Source of the DNA: an uncultured bacterium
Lineage (GTDB): Bacteria > Zhuqueibacterota > QNDG01 > DTFT01
Assembly (NCBI GenBank): GCA_963736115.1
Contig: CAVTNR010000003.1
Location: 32,001-96,000, forward strand
Reading direction: 5' to 3'
DNA length: 64,000 nt
The notes under the pieces are model-generated. The model did not search any database, had not been told where the DNA came from, and saw nothing but the letters and a program-made list of their open reading frames with translations. The translations under genes were made by a program, and so were the position numbers. This document shows positions 32,555 to 42,055 of this stretch, piece after piece (within the stretch, counting starts at the first letter, position 1; every line of letters starts with the position of its first letter).

Positions 32555-35500
32555 ATGAAAAAAGCGACGGGCATATTCCTCCTCGCGGCCTGGACCGGGG
32601 CGGCCGGCCTGTACGGCCAGATGCAGGGCCTTCACGGCGTGTTCCGGGAACGGAAAGACGGCGTCCACTCGGGCAACCAGTTCCGGACGACGTTCTACAA
32701 CGACGGCATGTTCGGAATCACCACGTTCAACGACCCGACCCTGATCGGGGGCGAGTGGCCCATCAATTCCGGCTATTCGTACCTGATCGACGCCAGTGTG
32801 CTGGTGGGTTCCGAGGCGCTCTGCAACGACGGCATCGTCCGTCACATCATCACCGAACCGGTCGCCATCGGGGACGGCACGAACTCCAGCGGAAAGATCG
32901 GGCCCAACGGGGATCCGTACACCTTTCTGCCCCTTCCCGGATTTTCAAATCCGGACACGAATAAAATCGCCATGAGCAAATGGCCCTGGTCTTGGCCTTC
33001 GTTCTGGCCGGACAGGAACGAAGACGTCATGGATCCGGGCTGGCGCGGCAAATGGAACGGCTATTTCGGGAAAGGCGTACTGAACGCGGACGAGGAAAGC
33101 TATTTCGTGGTGGACGATTACGAGAACCGGGAATATCCGTTCTATCCGGACAGCACGGACCTGTCGCGACGGGGGCTGGGGGTCCGTGTCTATATCCGCG
33201 GATTCCAGTGGTCCCAGGCACTCGTGGAGGACGCGCTGTTCTGCCTGTACGACGTCGAGAACATCGGCACGACGAACCACAACAAGACGGTTTTCGGGCT
33301 CAAGATCGGCAACATCATGGGCCATGTCATGAACACGGCCTTCGGAAACGAATCGCAGGACGACAACGGCGGATACGACATCTCGGCGGATCTGGCTTAT
33401 TCGTGGGACAATGATTATATCGGCACCGGCGGATGGGGGCCGGTCGGGTACCTGGGCGGCGCTTTCCTGGAGAGCCCGGGCAATGCTTTCGACGGCATCG
33501 ACAATGACGGCGACGGCGCGGACGGGCCGGGCCCTGTGCTGACCGAGGCGGATTTTGCGCCGAGGACGCTGAATGCCGGGGACAACATTGTGCTCATCGA
33601 CTATTCGAATTACGGACGGTCCGTGATCCGGATGGCGGCGGACACACTGCGCGTGCTGTGGCAGGACAGGACCTTTTTGTACTGGCCCGGAAAAGAAATC
33701 GTCGAGGAACCGTTCAATGGTTTCGACGACAACCTGAACGGGCTCATCGACGAGAACACCGGCGTGATCATCGGTTCGCCGCCCAATGAAATCACCACCT
33801 ATCTCAATGTGGGCGCCAAGGTCATCGACTATGCCGCGGCCGGGACGTACGCCAATATCCTGCTGGACGAAAGACGGGATGACGGCATCGACAATGACGG
33901 CGACTGGGACCCCCGGGTCGACGATGTGGGGATGGACGGCGTGGCCCGCTCGAACGACGCCGGAGAGGGGGACGGTCGGCCCACTTCGGGAGCCGGGACC
34001 AATCTACCCGGAGAGCCCCATATCGACAAGACCGACATCGACGAATCGGACATGCTGGGCCTGACCAGCTTCTACTTGTACCTGTACACGGCCCTGCCCC
34101 TGCACAAGGACGAGGACGTCTGGACCGCCCTCACGCCCGGCCGGCTCGACGACCTGATGGAAGCGGGCGACACCGAGCTGATGTTCGGTTCCGGCTACTT
34201 CCCCATGGCGCCGAAGCAGATCGAACGGTTCTCGATGGGGCTGATCTGCGGCGAAGACCGCGACGACCTGTTCGAAAACAAGAGATGGGTCGCCAAGGCC
34301 TATTCGGAGAACTACAACTTCTCCCAGGCGCCTGTCATTCCCGCATTGCGGGCCGTGGCCGGAGACCGCCGGGTCACGCTGATCTGGGATGACCGGGCCG
34401 AGCATTCGGAGGATCCCATCGCGGGACGCGATTTCGAGGGATACCGCATCTACCGGTCAACGGATCCGGGCTGGAACGACATGAAGGCGATCACGGACGG
34501 ACAGGGGGTCAAGACCTACACCAAGCCCCTGGCGCAGTTCGATCTGGACAACGGCGTCCGGGGCTACGCGGCCGTGCCGGTCAAGGGTGTTCATTACTGG
34601 CTCGGCGACGACACCGGCCTCGTCCATGCCTGGACCGATACCACGGTAGTGAACGGACAGCAGTATTATTACGCGGTCACATCGTACGACCGGGGCCTGG
34701 GCGAGCAGGGCATCCCCCCGACGGAATGCGCCCGGTACATCGCCATCGGCGCCACCGGCGTGCTCGACAAGGGGACGAATGTCGCGGTCGTTCGGCCGGA
34801 AGCTCCGGCCGCGGGTTTCTTGCCCTCGGGCGCGGGGTCCGCGGGCTGGCTGGCCGGCAGCACGACCGGCGGACGGATCGGCATCCGGATCATCGATCCG
34901 CAGGCCGTGCTGCCGCACACGTACCGGGTCACCTTCACGGACCGCAGGGTCACGGTCGGAAACCAGAAAAATCTGCCCGCGACAAAGGACTTCACCTGGA
35001 CCAATGTGACGACCGGAGAAATCCTGGCGGAGGCCGACACATCCTGCAATAACGGCGACGAACAGCCGATCACGAATGGATTCATCCTGTCCTTTCACAA
35101 CTCGGCGGACGTGCTCGGCATCAATGATTACGCCACTGCCTGGAGCCGTCCGGGCGTGTATCCGCCGGCCGTGGCGCCGTTCAGCTTCCAGACCATGCCG
35201 GTGACCCTCATGGCCGCGGATTTCAAGATTATTTTCGGGGAGGTCGGCATCGACACATCGACCTCCTTCTTCCGCGGCACTTCGGAAATACCGGCCAAGC
35301 CCGTGAATTTTACGGTGCGGAACACGCTGACCGGCGAAAAGGTCCGCTTCGCCTTCCGCGAGCGGGACCTGATTACCGGTGAGGATGGAAAATTCACCGC
35401 TCGCACATCGCGTACGTCGAGCGACGAGATCATTCTGCTCGATCCGGATTCCCTGCACGCCTCCTGGCAGATCACGCTCGCGAACTCCGAAACGGATACG

Positions 35501-35935
35501 CTCCAGGCTTCGGCCGGGGATACCCTGTCGCTCGTTTTCCACCGGCCTTTCCTGTCGAATGACGTGTTCGAATTCACCATGACCGCCGAGACCGTGGATC
35601 CGGCACTGGCGAAAAAGGGAATGGACGACATCCGGGTGGTGCCGAATCCCTACATTGCGGCCAACACGTGGGAGGCGTCGAACCCATTTGCCAGCGGAAG
35701 GGGGCCGCGTGAACTGCATTTCACGCATCTGCCGCAGAAGTGCCGCATCCGCATTTTCGACATCAGCGGGCAGACGGTGGCGGACATCGACCACGCGTCC
35801 GACCTGCGCGACGGCACGGAAATCTGGGACATGCGGACCCGGGACAACCTGGACATTGCGTACGGCGTCTACATCTATCACGTCCAGGCGCCCGGCATCG
35901 GCGAAAAGGTCGGCAAGTTCGCGGTCATCAAATAA
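32555..35935 (+). CDS. Large secreted protein with acidic Ca-binding-like repeats, Fn3-like domain and T9SS-type C-terminal domain
   Basis: Signal peptide; DGIDNDGD repeats; GDRRVTLIWD...FEGYRIYRS...YYYAVTSYD; C-terminal IRVVPNPY...IRIFDISG...WD...AYGVYIYHV...KFAVIK; AGGAG RBS. Confidence 0.8.
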   Translation: MKKATGIFLLAAWTGAAGLYGQMQGLHGVFRERKDGVHSGNQFRTTFYNDGMFGITTFNDPTLIGGEWPINSGYSYLIDASVLVGSEALCNDGIVRHIITEPVAIGDGTNSSGKIGPNGDPYTFLPLPGFSNPDTNKIAMSKWPWSWPSFWPDRNEDVMDPGWRGKWNGYFGKGVLNADEESYFVVDDYENREYPFYPDSTDLSRRGLGVRVYIRGFQWSQALVEDALFCLYDVENIGTTNHNKTVFGLKIGNIMGHVMNTAFGNESQDDNGGYDISADLAYSWDNDYIGTGGWGPVGYLGGAFLESPGNAFDGIDNDGDGADGPGPVLTEADFAPRTLNAGDNIVLIDYSNYGRSVIRMAADTLRVLWQDRTFLYWPGKEIVEEPFNGFDDNLNGLIDENTGVIIGSPPNEITTYLNVGAKVIDYAAAGTYANILLDERRDDGIDNDGDWDPRVDDVGMDGVARSNDAGEGDGRPTSGAGTNLPGEPHIDKTDIDESDMLGLTSFYLYLYTALPLHKDEDVWTALTPGRLDDLMEAGDTELMFGSGYFPMAPKQIERFSMGLICGEDRDDLFENKRWVAKAYSENYNFSQAPVIPALRAVAGDRRVTLIWDDRAEHSEDPIAGRDFEGYRIYRSTDPGWNDMKAITDGQGVKTYTKPLAQFDLDNGVRGYAAVPVKGVHYWLGDDTGLVHAWTDTTVVNGQQYYYAVTSYDRGLGEQGIPPTECARYIAIGATGVLDKGTNVAVVRPEAPAAGFLPSGAGSAGWLAGSTTGGRIGIRIIDPQAVLPHTYRVTFTDRRVTVGNQKNLPATKDFTWTNVTTGEILAEADTSCNNGDEQPITNGFILSFHNSADVLGINDYATAWSRPGVYPPAVAPFSFQTMPVTLMAADFKIIFGEVGIDTSTSFFRGTSEIPAKPVNFTVRNTLTGEKVRFAFRERDLITGEDGKFTARTSRTSSDEIILLDPDSLHASWQITLANSETDTLQASAGDTLSLVFHRPFLSNDVFEFTMTAETVDPALAKKGMDDIRVVPNPYIAANTWEASNPFASGRGPRELHFTHLPQKCRIRIFDISGQTVADIDHASDLRDGTEIWDMRTRDNLDIAYGVYIYHVQAPGIGEKVGKFAVIK

Positions 35936-35957
35936 AAGAGGGAAAGAGGAGTCACCC

Positions 35958-36983
35958 ATGAAAAAAGTATCCGTTTTTTTCACAGCGGCGGCGATCCTGG
36001 CCCTCCATCAGGCGGTTGAGGGTCAGGGCGTCTCGAAATCCGGGACCATTGCGGCCAAATTTCTTTCGATCGATGCAGGCGCCAGGGCCGTGGCCATGGG
36101 CGGCGCGTTCGCCTCGGTCGCGGACGACGCCACGGCCATGTTCTGGAATCCGGCCGGCATCGCCGGTATCCGGGGCACCGAGTTCCTCGTCACCTACGGC
36201 CGCTGGCTCGCGGACATCCAATGCAACTATACCGGCTTGGTGCTCCCGGCCGGCGGCCTCGGAACGGTGGGCGTCAATGCCACGTTCGTGACCATGGACG
36301 ACATGGAGCGGACCACAATCGAGGCGCCGGACGGAACCGGCGAGTATTTCGACGCCGGCAGTCTGGCTTTCGGGCTCAGCTACGGCCGGGCGCTGACCGA
36401 CCGGTTCAGTATCGGGTTCAACGGCAAATACATCCGGGAGTCCATCTACCACAGCCGGGCTCAGGGCCTGGCCCTGGATATCGGCACGCTGTTTCGGACC
36501 CAATTTCACGACATGCGGATCGGGATGTCCATTTCCAATTTCGGGACTAAAATGCGCATGACCGGGGACGATATGCTCGTGCAGCATGACATCGACCCTG
36601 TTCTCTCGGGCAACAACGGGAATATCAAGGCGGATCTGCGGACTGATGCGTTCGACCTGCCTCTGCTGTTCCGCGTCGGAGTGTCCGCGGATCTGCTCAA
36701 GGGCGCCGGCGGGGACAAGCTGATCGTGGCCGTGGACGCTTTGCATCCGAACGACAACATCGAATGCGTCAATGCGGGCTGTGAATACGTGTTCCGGAAC
36801 CGGGTTCGGCTCCGGGCCGGGTACAAGGCCCTGTTCTCCCGGGACAGCCAGCAGGGGCTGACGCTGGGCGGCGGCCTCACCCACCGCATCGGAGGCATGG
36901 GGAATATCAGCATCGATTACGCGTATCAGGATTTCGGCATTCTGAACAACACCCAGCGGTTTACTCTGGCCGTACGGCTGTAG
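35958..36983 (+). CDS. PorV/PorQ-family outer-membrane beta-barrel (T9SS shuttle paralogue)
   Basis: FLSIDAGARAVAMGGA, DATAMFWNPAG, SIGFNGKYIRE, ALDIG, LPLLFRVG, LRAGY, IDYAY; GAGGAG RBS before ATG 35958. Confidence 0.85.
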   Translation: MKKVSVFFTAAAILALHQAVEGQGVSKSGTIAAKFLSIDAGARAVAMGGAFASVADDATAMFWNPAGIAGIRGTEFLVTYGRWLADIQCNYTGLVLPAGGLGTVGVNATFVTMDDMERTTIEAPDGTGEYFDAGSLAFGLSYGRALTDRFSIGFNGKYIRESIYHSRAQGLALDIGTLFRTQFHDMRIGMSISNFGTKMRMTGDDMLVQHDIDPVLSGNNGNIKADLRTDAFDLPLLFRVGVSADLLKGAGGDKLIVAVDALHPNDNIECVNAGCEYVFRNRVRLRAGYKALFSRDSQQGLTLGGGLTHRIGGMGNISIDYAYQDFGILNNTQRFTLAVRL

Positions 36984-37105
36984 CTTCAACCGGATCAAAA
37001 ATCCGGAGGCCGGAACGGGCGTCCGAGGCAAACCCGTCGGTTCGCGAAGAACGGGACGCACGCCGCTTCGGCGAGGTCCCGGCTTGATGAAGAAAAGGAG
37101 TACGC

Positions 37106-39154
37106 ATGGATTCGCGTTTCATATGGGGTGTTCTGTTTTTTCTCTGCGCAGCCGCGGGCCTGTCTTCCGCGGGGCCCGCGACCGTTGACTCGCCGGACGG
37201 ATCGGTTCGGGTCACTTTCGATGCGGAGGAGGGGCGGCCGAGATACCGCATCGACCGTTTTGGGAGGGAACTGATCCGTCCATCGGCCATGGGCTTCATT
37301 CTGAAAAAAGCCGCACCGCTGGACGGACCGTTCGAAATCAGTTCCGTCCGGACCCGGGCATTTGACGAGACCTGGGTTCAGCCGTGGGGAGAAAAACGGG
37401 AGATCCGGAACCGGTATAATGAACTGACCGTGTCGCTCACCGAAAAGAAGAAAACCGGCCGTCGGATGGATGTGGTGTTCCGCGTCTACGAGGACGGGGT
37501 CGGCTTCCGGTACGAGATACCGGCCCAAAAGGGACTGGAGCGGTTTGAAATCACGGACGAACTCACGGAATTCGCGATCGCCGGAGACCCCGGGGCCTGG
37601 TGGATACCGGCCTACAACCGGGATCAGGTGGAATACGAACAGCTTTACCGCCGCACTCCGGTCAGCGCCATGGACACCGCGCATACGCCCCTGACTCTGG
37701 AAACCGCGAACGGTCTTTATCTCAGCATCCACGAGGCCGCGTTGACGGATTACGCTTCCATGCAGATCGCACCGGCCGGCCGGAACACCCTCAAGGCGGA
37801 CCTCACGCCCTGGTCGGACGGCGTGCGGGTGAAGACGCGGGCGCCGATGAAGACGCCCTGGCGAACAATTCAGATCGCGGACGACCCGGCAGGCCTGATT
37901 ACCTCCTACCTGATTCTCAACCTAAATGAGCCGAATGCGATCGGTGATGTGTCCTGGATCAAGCCCGGTAAATACGCGGGGATCTGGTGGGCCATGCACC
38001 TGGACCTGGCCACCTGGAGCACCGGCCCCAGACACGGAGCCACAACGGAAAACGCGAAGCGATACATCGATTTCGCGGCCCGGGAGGGGCTGGGGGGCGT
38101 GCTGGTGGAGGGCTGGAACAGGGGATGGAACGGAGACTGGACCGTGCACGGAGACCGGTTCGATTTCATCCGGAGCGCGGCCGATTACAATATCCGCGAA
38201 GTGGCGGCCTACGCGGCAGAAAAGGGAGTGGGCCTCATCGGGCACAATGAAACAGGCGGCGCAGTGCACAATTATGAGCGCCAGATGCAGGACGCGTTCC
38301 GGCTGTATGAAAAGCTCGGTATCCGGTGCGTGAAAACGGGTTATGTGAGCAACGGGCCCAGGCTCCAGCGCATCGATGAGAAAGGGAAGAAAGCCGGGGA
38401 ATGGCATCACGGCCAGTACATGGTCCTGCACCACCAGAAAGTGGTCGAGGAGGCCGGCCGAAGGCACATCATGATCGACGTGCACGAGCCGGTCAAGGAC
38501 ACCGGCCTGCGGCGAACCTGGCCGAACCTGATGACGCGCGAAGGCGCGAGGGGCCAGGAATACGAGGCCTGGTCTCCGGACGGCGGCAATCCGCCCGAGC
38601 ATGCCACGATTCTGCCTTTCACGCGCCTTCTGGCGGGCCCCATGGATTATACACCGGGCGTGCTCGGCCTGAGGTTCGGTCCGGAAAGGCCGCGGAACCG
38701 GGTCAACACCACGGCGGCCAAACAGCTGGCCCTCTATGTGGTGCTGTACAGCCCGCTCCAGATGGCCGCGGATCTGCCGGAGAACTATGAAAAATACCCG
38801 GATGCCTTCCGCTTTATCAGGGACGTGCCCACGGACTGGGAGGACACCAAAGTGCTCCATGCCCGTATCGGCGATTATGTGACTGTGGTCCGCAGGGACC
38901 GAAACAGCGGGGACTGGTATCTGGGCAGTGTCACGGACGAAGAGGGCCGGATTCTGGAGGCGTCGCTCGCATTTCTTGATCCGGGCGTGAAATACACGGC
39001 GCAGATTTACAGGGACGGAGAAGGCGCGCATTGGGAAAAGAATCCATACCCCCTGACCGTGACTGAGGAACCTGTGGACGCGTCCGGTGTTATAAGAATG
39101 AGGCTCGCGCCCGGCGGGGGACAGGCCATCCGCTTCGTCCGGATACAGCCGTAA
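37106..39154 (+). CDS. Glycoside hydrolase family 97, SusB-like alpha-glucosidase
   Basis: IHEAAL.DY, TPWRTIQI, SWIKPGKY.GIWW.MH, VLVEGWN, HNETGG, VKTGYV, REGARGQE, PFTR.LAGPMDYTPG, YSPLQMAADLPENY. Confidence 0.93.
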   Translation: MDSRFIWGVLFFLCAAAGLSSAGPATVDSPDGSVRVTFDAEEGRPRYRIDRFGRELIRPSAMGFILKKAAPLDGPFEISSVRTRAFDETWVQPWGEKREIRNRYNELTVSLTEKKKTGRRMDVVFRVYEDGVGFRYEIPAQKGLERFEITDELTEFAIAGDPGAWWIPAYNRDQVEYEQLYRRTPVSAMDTAHTPLTLETANGLYLSIHEAALTDYASMQIAPAGRNTLKADLTPWSDGVRVKTRAPMKTPWRTIQIADDPAGLITSYLILNLNEPNAIGDVSWIKPGKYAGIWWAMHLDLATWSTGPRHGATTENAKRYIDFAAREGLGGVLVEGWNRGWNGDWTVHGDRFDFIRSAADYNIREVAAYAAEKGVGLIGHNETGGAVHNYERQMQDAFRLYEKLGIRCVKTGYVSNGPRLQRIDEKGKKAGEWHHGQYMVLHHQKVVEEAGRRHIMIDVHEPVKDTGLRRTWPNLMTREGARGQEYEAWSPDGGNPPEHATILPFTRLLAGPMDYTPGVLGLRFGPERPRNRVNTTAAKQLALYVVLYSPLQMAADLPENYEKYPDAFRFIRDVPTDWEDTKVLHARIGDYVTVVRRDRNSGDWYLGSVTDEEGRILEASLAFLDPGVKYTAQIYRDGEGAHWEKNPYPLTVTEEPVDASGVIRMRLAPGGGQAIRFVRIQP

Positions 39155-39214
39155 CCGCGGTTTCCGGATTGGAAGGATCCTCCCCCTGGAACCCAAAAAC
39201 AAAGGAGGCCATCC

Positions 39215-40327
39215 ATGAGACGGCCATTGCTGTTTTCATCTGTTTTTGCGATGTTTTTCATCGCGGTTGAATTGTCCGGCCAGGCCGTGACGGTCCGCAT
39301 TACCAGCCCGGTTAACAAAGCGCGGTACGCGAGCTGTTCGGACATCCCTTTCGTGATCGACGCTCAGGCGACCGGAACCACACTCACGAAAATTGAAATC
39401 TACGAGAACGGGGCCCGATTCCGGAACCTGACCAAGGCGCCCTATGAGTTCAATCGGACGGCTCCGCCGGACGGCCTGTACCGTTACGCGGCCAGGGCCA
39501 TATCCGCGGCCGGCGACACCGTGACGTCCGACACGGTTCTGGTTTTTATGGGGAATGTCAAGGACGGCAACATGATCTTCAACGGGGATTTCAACTGCGG
39601 CACGGCCCCGTGGCGCCTGGACTATTACGTGAACGCCCTGGCGACGTTTACGGTGGTTCCCGACCTGGGCCTTACCGTGGATTCCTCAGGCGCCTATATC
39701 GAGATCCAGAATATCGGAGACGCGACCTGGGCGGTTCAGCTCATGCAGACCTTCAAGATCCAGAAGGGCCACACCTATGAGATCAGTTTCACCGCTGAAA
39801 CCTCGGAGCCCAAGGACATCTCGGTCGATATCTCCATGGATTACGACCCCTATGCCCAGCACTGGACCCAGCCGGTCACGGTTTCACAGTGGGGCGTGTA
39901 CGGGCCGTACACGTTCGCGTGCGAAGTCGATGATCCGAAAACCATGTTTAAATTCGTCGTGGGCGGGAATAAGATCCCCATCGCCATTGACGCGGTCGAG
40001 GTTATCGACAGAATGTGGACGGACGTGAAGTCCGATAGAACCCCGGCTGTCCGGTCCTTCGGCCTGGCTCCGAATTTCCCCAATCCCTTCAATCCGGAAA
40101 CCACCATTCCGTACACCCTCGGAAGAGGCGGAAAAGTGAGGCTGGGCATTTACAATTCTCTTGGAGAAACCGTCGCCGTGTTTGAAGGGACACAGCCTGC
40201 TGGAATTCATTTTTACAGGTGGAACGGACTGGACAGCAAGGGCAATCCGGTCAGGTCGGGTCTGTATGTGTACAGGCTCGAAACGGACGGGGCGTCGCTT
40301 TCCGGAAAAATGATGCTGGTCCGGTGA
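39215..40327 (+). CDS. Secreted Ig-like + CBM4/9-type protein with FlgD-Ig/T9SS C-terminal domain
   Basis: Signal peptide; V.ITSP Ig fold; NMIFNGDF...W...WAVQL.Q...I.KG.TY.ISF.A; NFPNPFNPET...SGLYVYRL...KMMLVR. Confidence 0.75.
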   Translation: MRRPLLFSSVFAMFFIAVELSGQAVTVRITSPVNKARYASCSDIPFVIDAQATGTTLTKIEIYENGARFRNLTKAPYEFNRTAPPDGLYRYAARAISAAGDTVTSDTVLVFMGNVKDGNMIFNGDFNCGTAPWRLDYYVNALATFTVVPDLGLTVDSSGAYIEIQNIGDATWAVQLMQTFKIQKGHTYEISFTAETSEPKDISVDISMDYDPYAQHWTQPVTVSQWGVYGPYTFACEVDDPKTMFKFVVGGNKIPIAIDAVEVIDRMWTDVKSDRTPAVRSFGLAPNFPNPFNPETTIPYTLGRGGKVRLGIYNSLGETVAVFEGTQPAGIHFYRWNGLDSKGNPVRSGLYVYRLETDGASLSGKMMLVR

Positions 40328-40337
40328 GACCGCGGGG

Positions 40338-41801
40338 TTGAAACGCTTGCGACGAATCCGCATTTTCTTCATCCTGGCCGCGGCCTGCCTGGTTCAGGCG
40401 GGCCACGGTCAGTCTCCCTCCGTGCGCCGGTCGGTGGATGCCGACCGGCCGTTTTTTCTCGCGCATGTGATGCCCTGGTATCAGTCCAAACCGATGAGCG
40501 GCAGATGGGGCTGGCATTGGACCATGAACCGCTTCAATCCGGATCAAATCGGTCCGGACGGCAGGCGGGAAATCGCCTCGCATTATTACCCCCTGACCGG
40601 GCCGTATGACTCCGGGGATCCGGATCTCCTGGAATACCAGACGCTCCTGATGAAACTGGCGGGAATAGACGGGATCCTGGTCGACTGGTACGGGAATGAG
40701 GATTACAGGGACTACGGGACGCTCCACGAAGCCACCACAGCCCTGTTCGAGGCTGTGGGCAGGGCCGGACTCGGCTTTGCGGTTGTGTACGAAGACCAGA
40801 CCGTCAAACACATGGTGAATGACGGTCATTTGGCCGGATCGAATGCCCTGGCATACGGCAAAACGGTCATGCGTTTCATGGATGAAAACTGGTTCGGCGA
40901 TTCCAGGTACTTGAAACTGGAGGGCAGGCCGCTTCTTTTGACTTTCGGGCCGCAGTATTTTTTCAACAGTTCAGACTGGGAATCCATGTTTTCCGGTCTG
41001 TCATCGGATCCTCTGTTTTTCACTTTGGACAACAGGCTATCGCCTGCCGCGGCAGGCGCATATCCCTGGCCTCCCATGTCACGGTCGAACGCGGACGGCA
41101 TTCTGACACAGGATGCTCTGGATCGGTATCTGACACAGTTCTACACGATGGCGCAGTCCTGGGATTTTCTGGTCGCGGGCGCATTCCCCGGATTCAACGA
41201 TATTTACGAGGAAGCGGGGCAGGGCGAGGGATACGGCTATCTGTCGGACAGGGACGGTGAGACTTTCCGCTCCACCCTGCAGTCCGCTCTGGACCGGAAT
41301 CCGGACGTGATTCAGCTCATTACGTGGAACGATTACGGCGAAGGCACCATGATCGAGCCCACCCGGGAATGCGGATACCGGGAGCTGGAAACCGTGCAGG
41401 ACCGGAGAACCCGCCTTGATCCTTCTTTCAGCTTCAGCCCGGCGGATCTGCGTCTTCCGCTCAGAGTGTGGAATTTCAGAAAAACCCGGCCCGGAGACGC
41501 GTCTGTACATCCGGTTCTGGACCGGGTCTCGGATTTGATCCTGTCAGGGGATGCATCCTCCGCTTCAGCCGTACTGGACAGCCTGTACACGGCCCTGTAT
41601 GGAAACGAGGAGGAGGACATCCGATTCGGCCTGGAACCGGTATATCCGAATCCGTTCCGAACCGGAACAACGGTCACCTACAGTCTGGCCGAATCGGGTG
41701 ATACGGATTTGTCCGTTTTCGACGCACTGGGCCGGGAGGTGGAAGTACTCCTGAGGGGCCGCAGGGATGCGGGACAGGGATTCCATTTTCTGGGAGCCTG
41801 A
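40338..41801 (+). CDS. GH71/GH99-like glycoside hydrolase; T9SS C-terminal domain frameshifted (continues in the +1 frame to 41883)
   Basis: AHVMPWY, IASHYYPLTGPYDS, MKLAGIDG..VDWYG, QLITWNDYGEGT.IEP; YPNPF begins the CTD, whose last strands lie in another frame. Confidence 0.78.
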   Translation: MKRLRRIRIFFILAAACLVQAGHGQSPSVRRSVDADRPFFLAHVMPWYQSKPMSGRWGWHWTMNRFNPDQIGPDGRREIASHYYPLTGPYDSGDPDLLEYQTLLMKLAGIDGILVDWYGNEDYRDYGTLHEATTALFEAVGRAGLGFAVVYEDQTVKHMVNDGHLAGSNALAYGKTVMRFMDENWFGDSRYLKLEGRPLLLTFGPQYFFNSSDWESMFSGLSSDPLFFTLDNRLSPAAAGAYPWPPMSRSNADGILTQDALDRYLTQFYTMAQSWDFLVAGAFPGFNDIYEEAGQGEGYGYLSDRDGETFRSTLQSALDRNPDVIQLITWNDYGEGTMIEPTRECGYRELETVQDRRTRLDPSFSFSPADLRLPLRVWNFRKTRPGDASVHPVLDRVSDLILSGDASSASAVLDSLYTALYGNEEEDIRFGLEPVYPNPFRTGTTVTYSLAESGDTDLSVFDALGREVEVLLRGRRDAGQGFHFLGA

Positions 41802-41910
41802 TGCCGCGGGTTCAGGGTTGTATTTCATCAGGCTGAGCTGTGCGGGGAAAACCGCTGTTCGAAAAGCCGTTAAAGTCAGATAAAATTATTTTTTCGATAA
41901 CACACCGGAA

Positions 41911-41990
41911 AAGACCTGAAAGGTCATTCAGACCTTTCAGGTCTTCTTAACGCTCCGGGAGGTTTGGAACCTCCCGGAGCGTATTTTTAT
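41911..41990. repeat. Two tandem perfect 15-bp inverted repeats (REP-like; the second may act as a terminator)
   Basis: AAGACCTGAAAGGTC-attca-GACCTTTCAGGTCTT (41911-41945) and ACGCTCCGGGAGGTT-tgg-AACCTCCCGGAGCGT (41950-41982) followed by ATTTTTAT. Confidence 0.7.
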
Positions 41991-41998
41991 ATTCACGC

Positions 41999-42026
41999 TT
42001 GACAATCCGTATTTTTTCAATATCTT
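41999..42026 (+). promoter_or_regulatory. Putative sigma70 promoter for the GH5 gene
   Basis: TTGACA (41999-42004), 16-bp spacer, TATCTT (42021-42026); AAGGAGG RBS before ATG 42056. Confidence 0.5.
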
Positions 42027-42055
42027 CCTTTTGTCCATCGACAAGGAGGCCGATC

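Noticed and set aside
35655-35957. Longer N-termini given by the ORF track for porV (35655), TBDR (29483), 43296 and 44267
   Set aside because: Most overlap upstream genes; downstream starts have an RBS and, for the exported proteins, put the signal peptide at the N-terminus.
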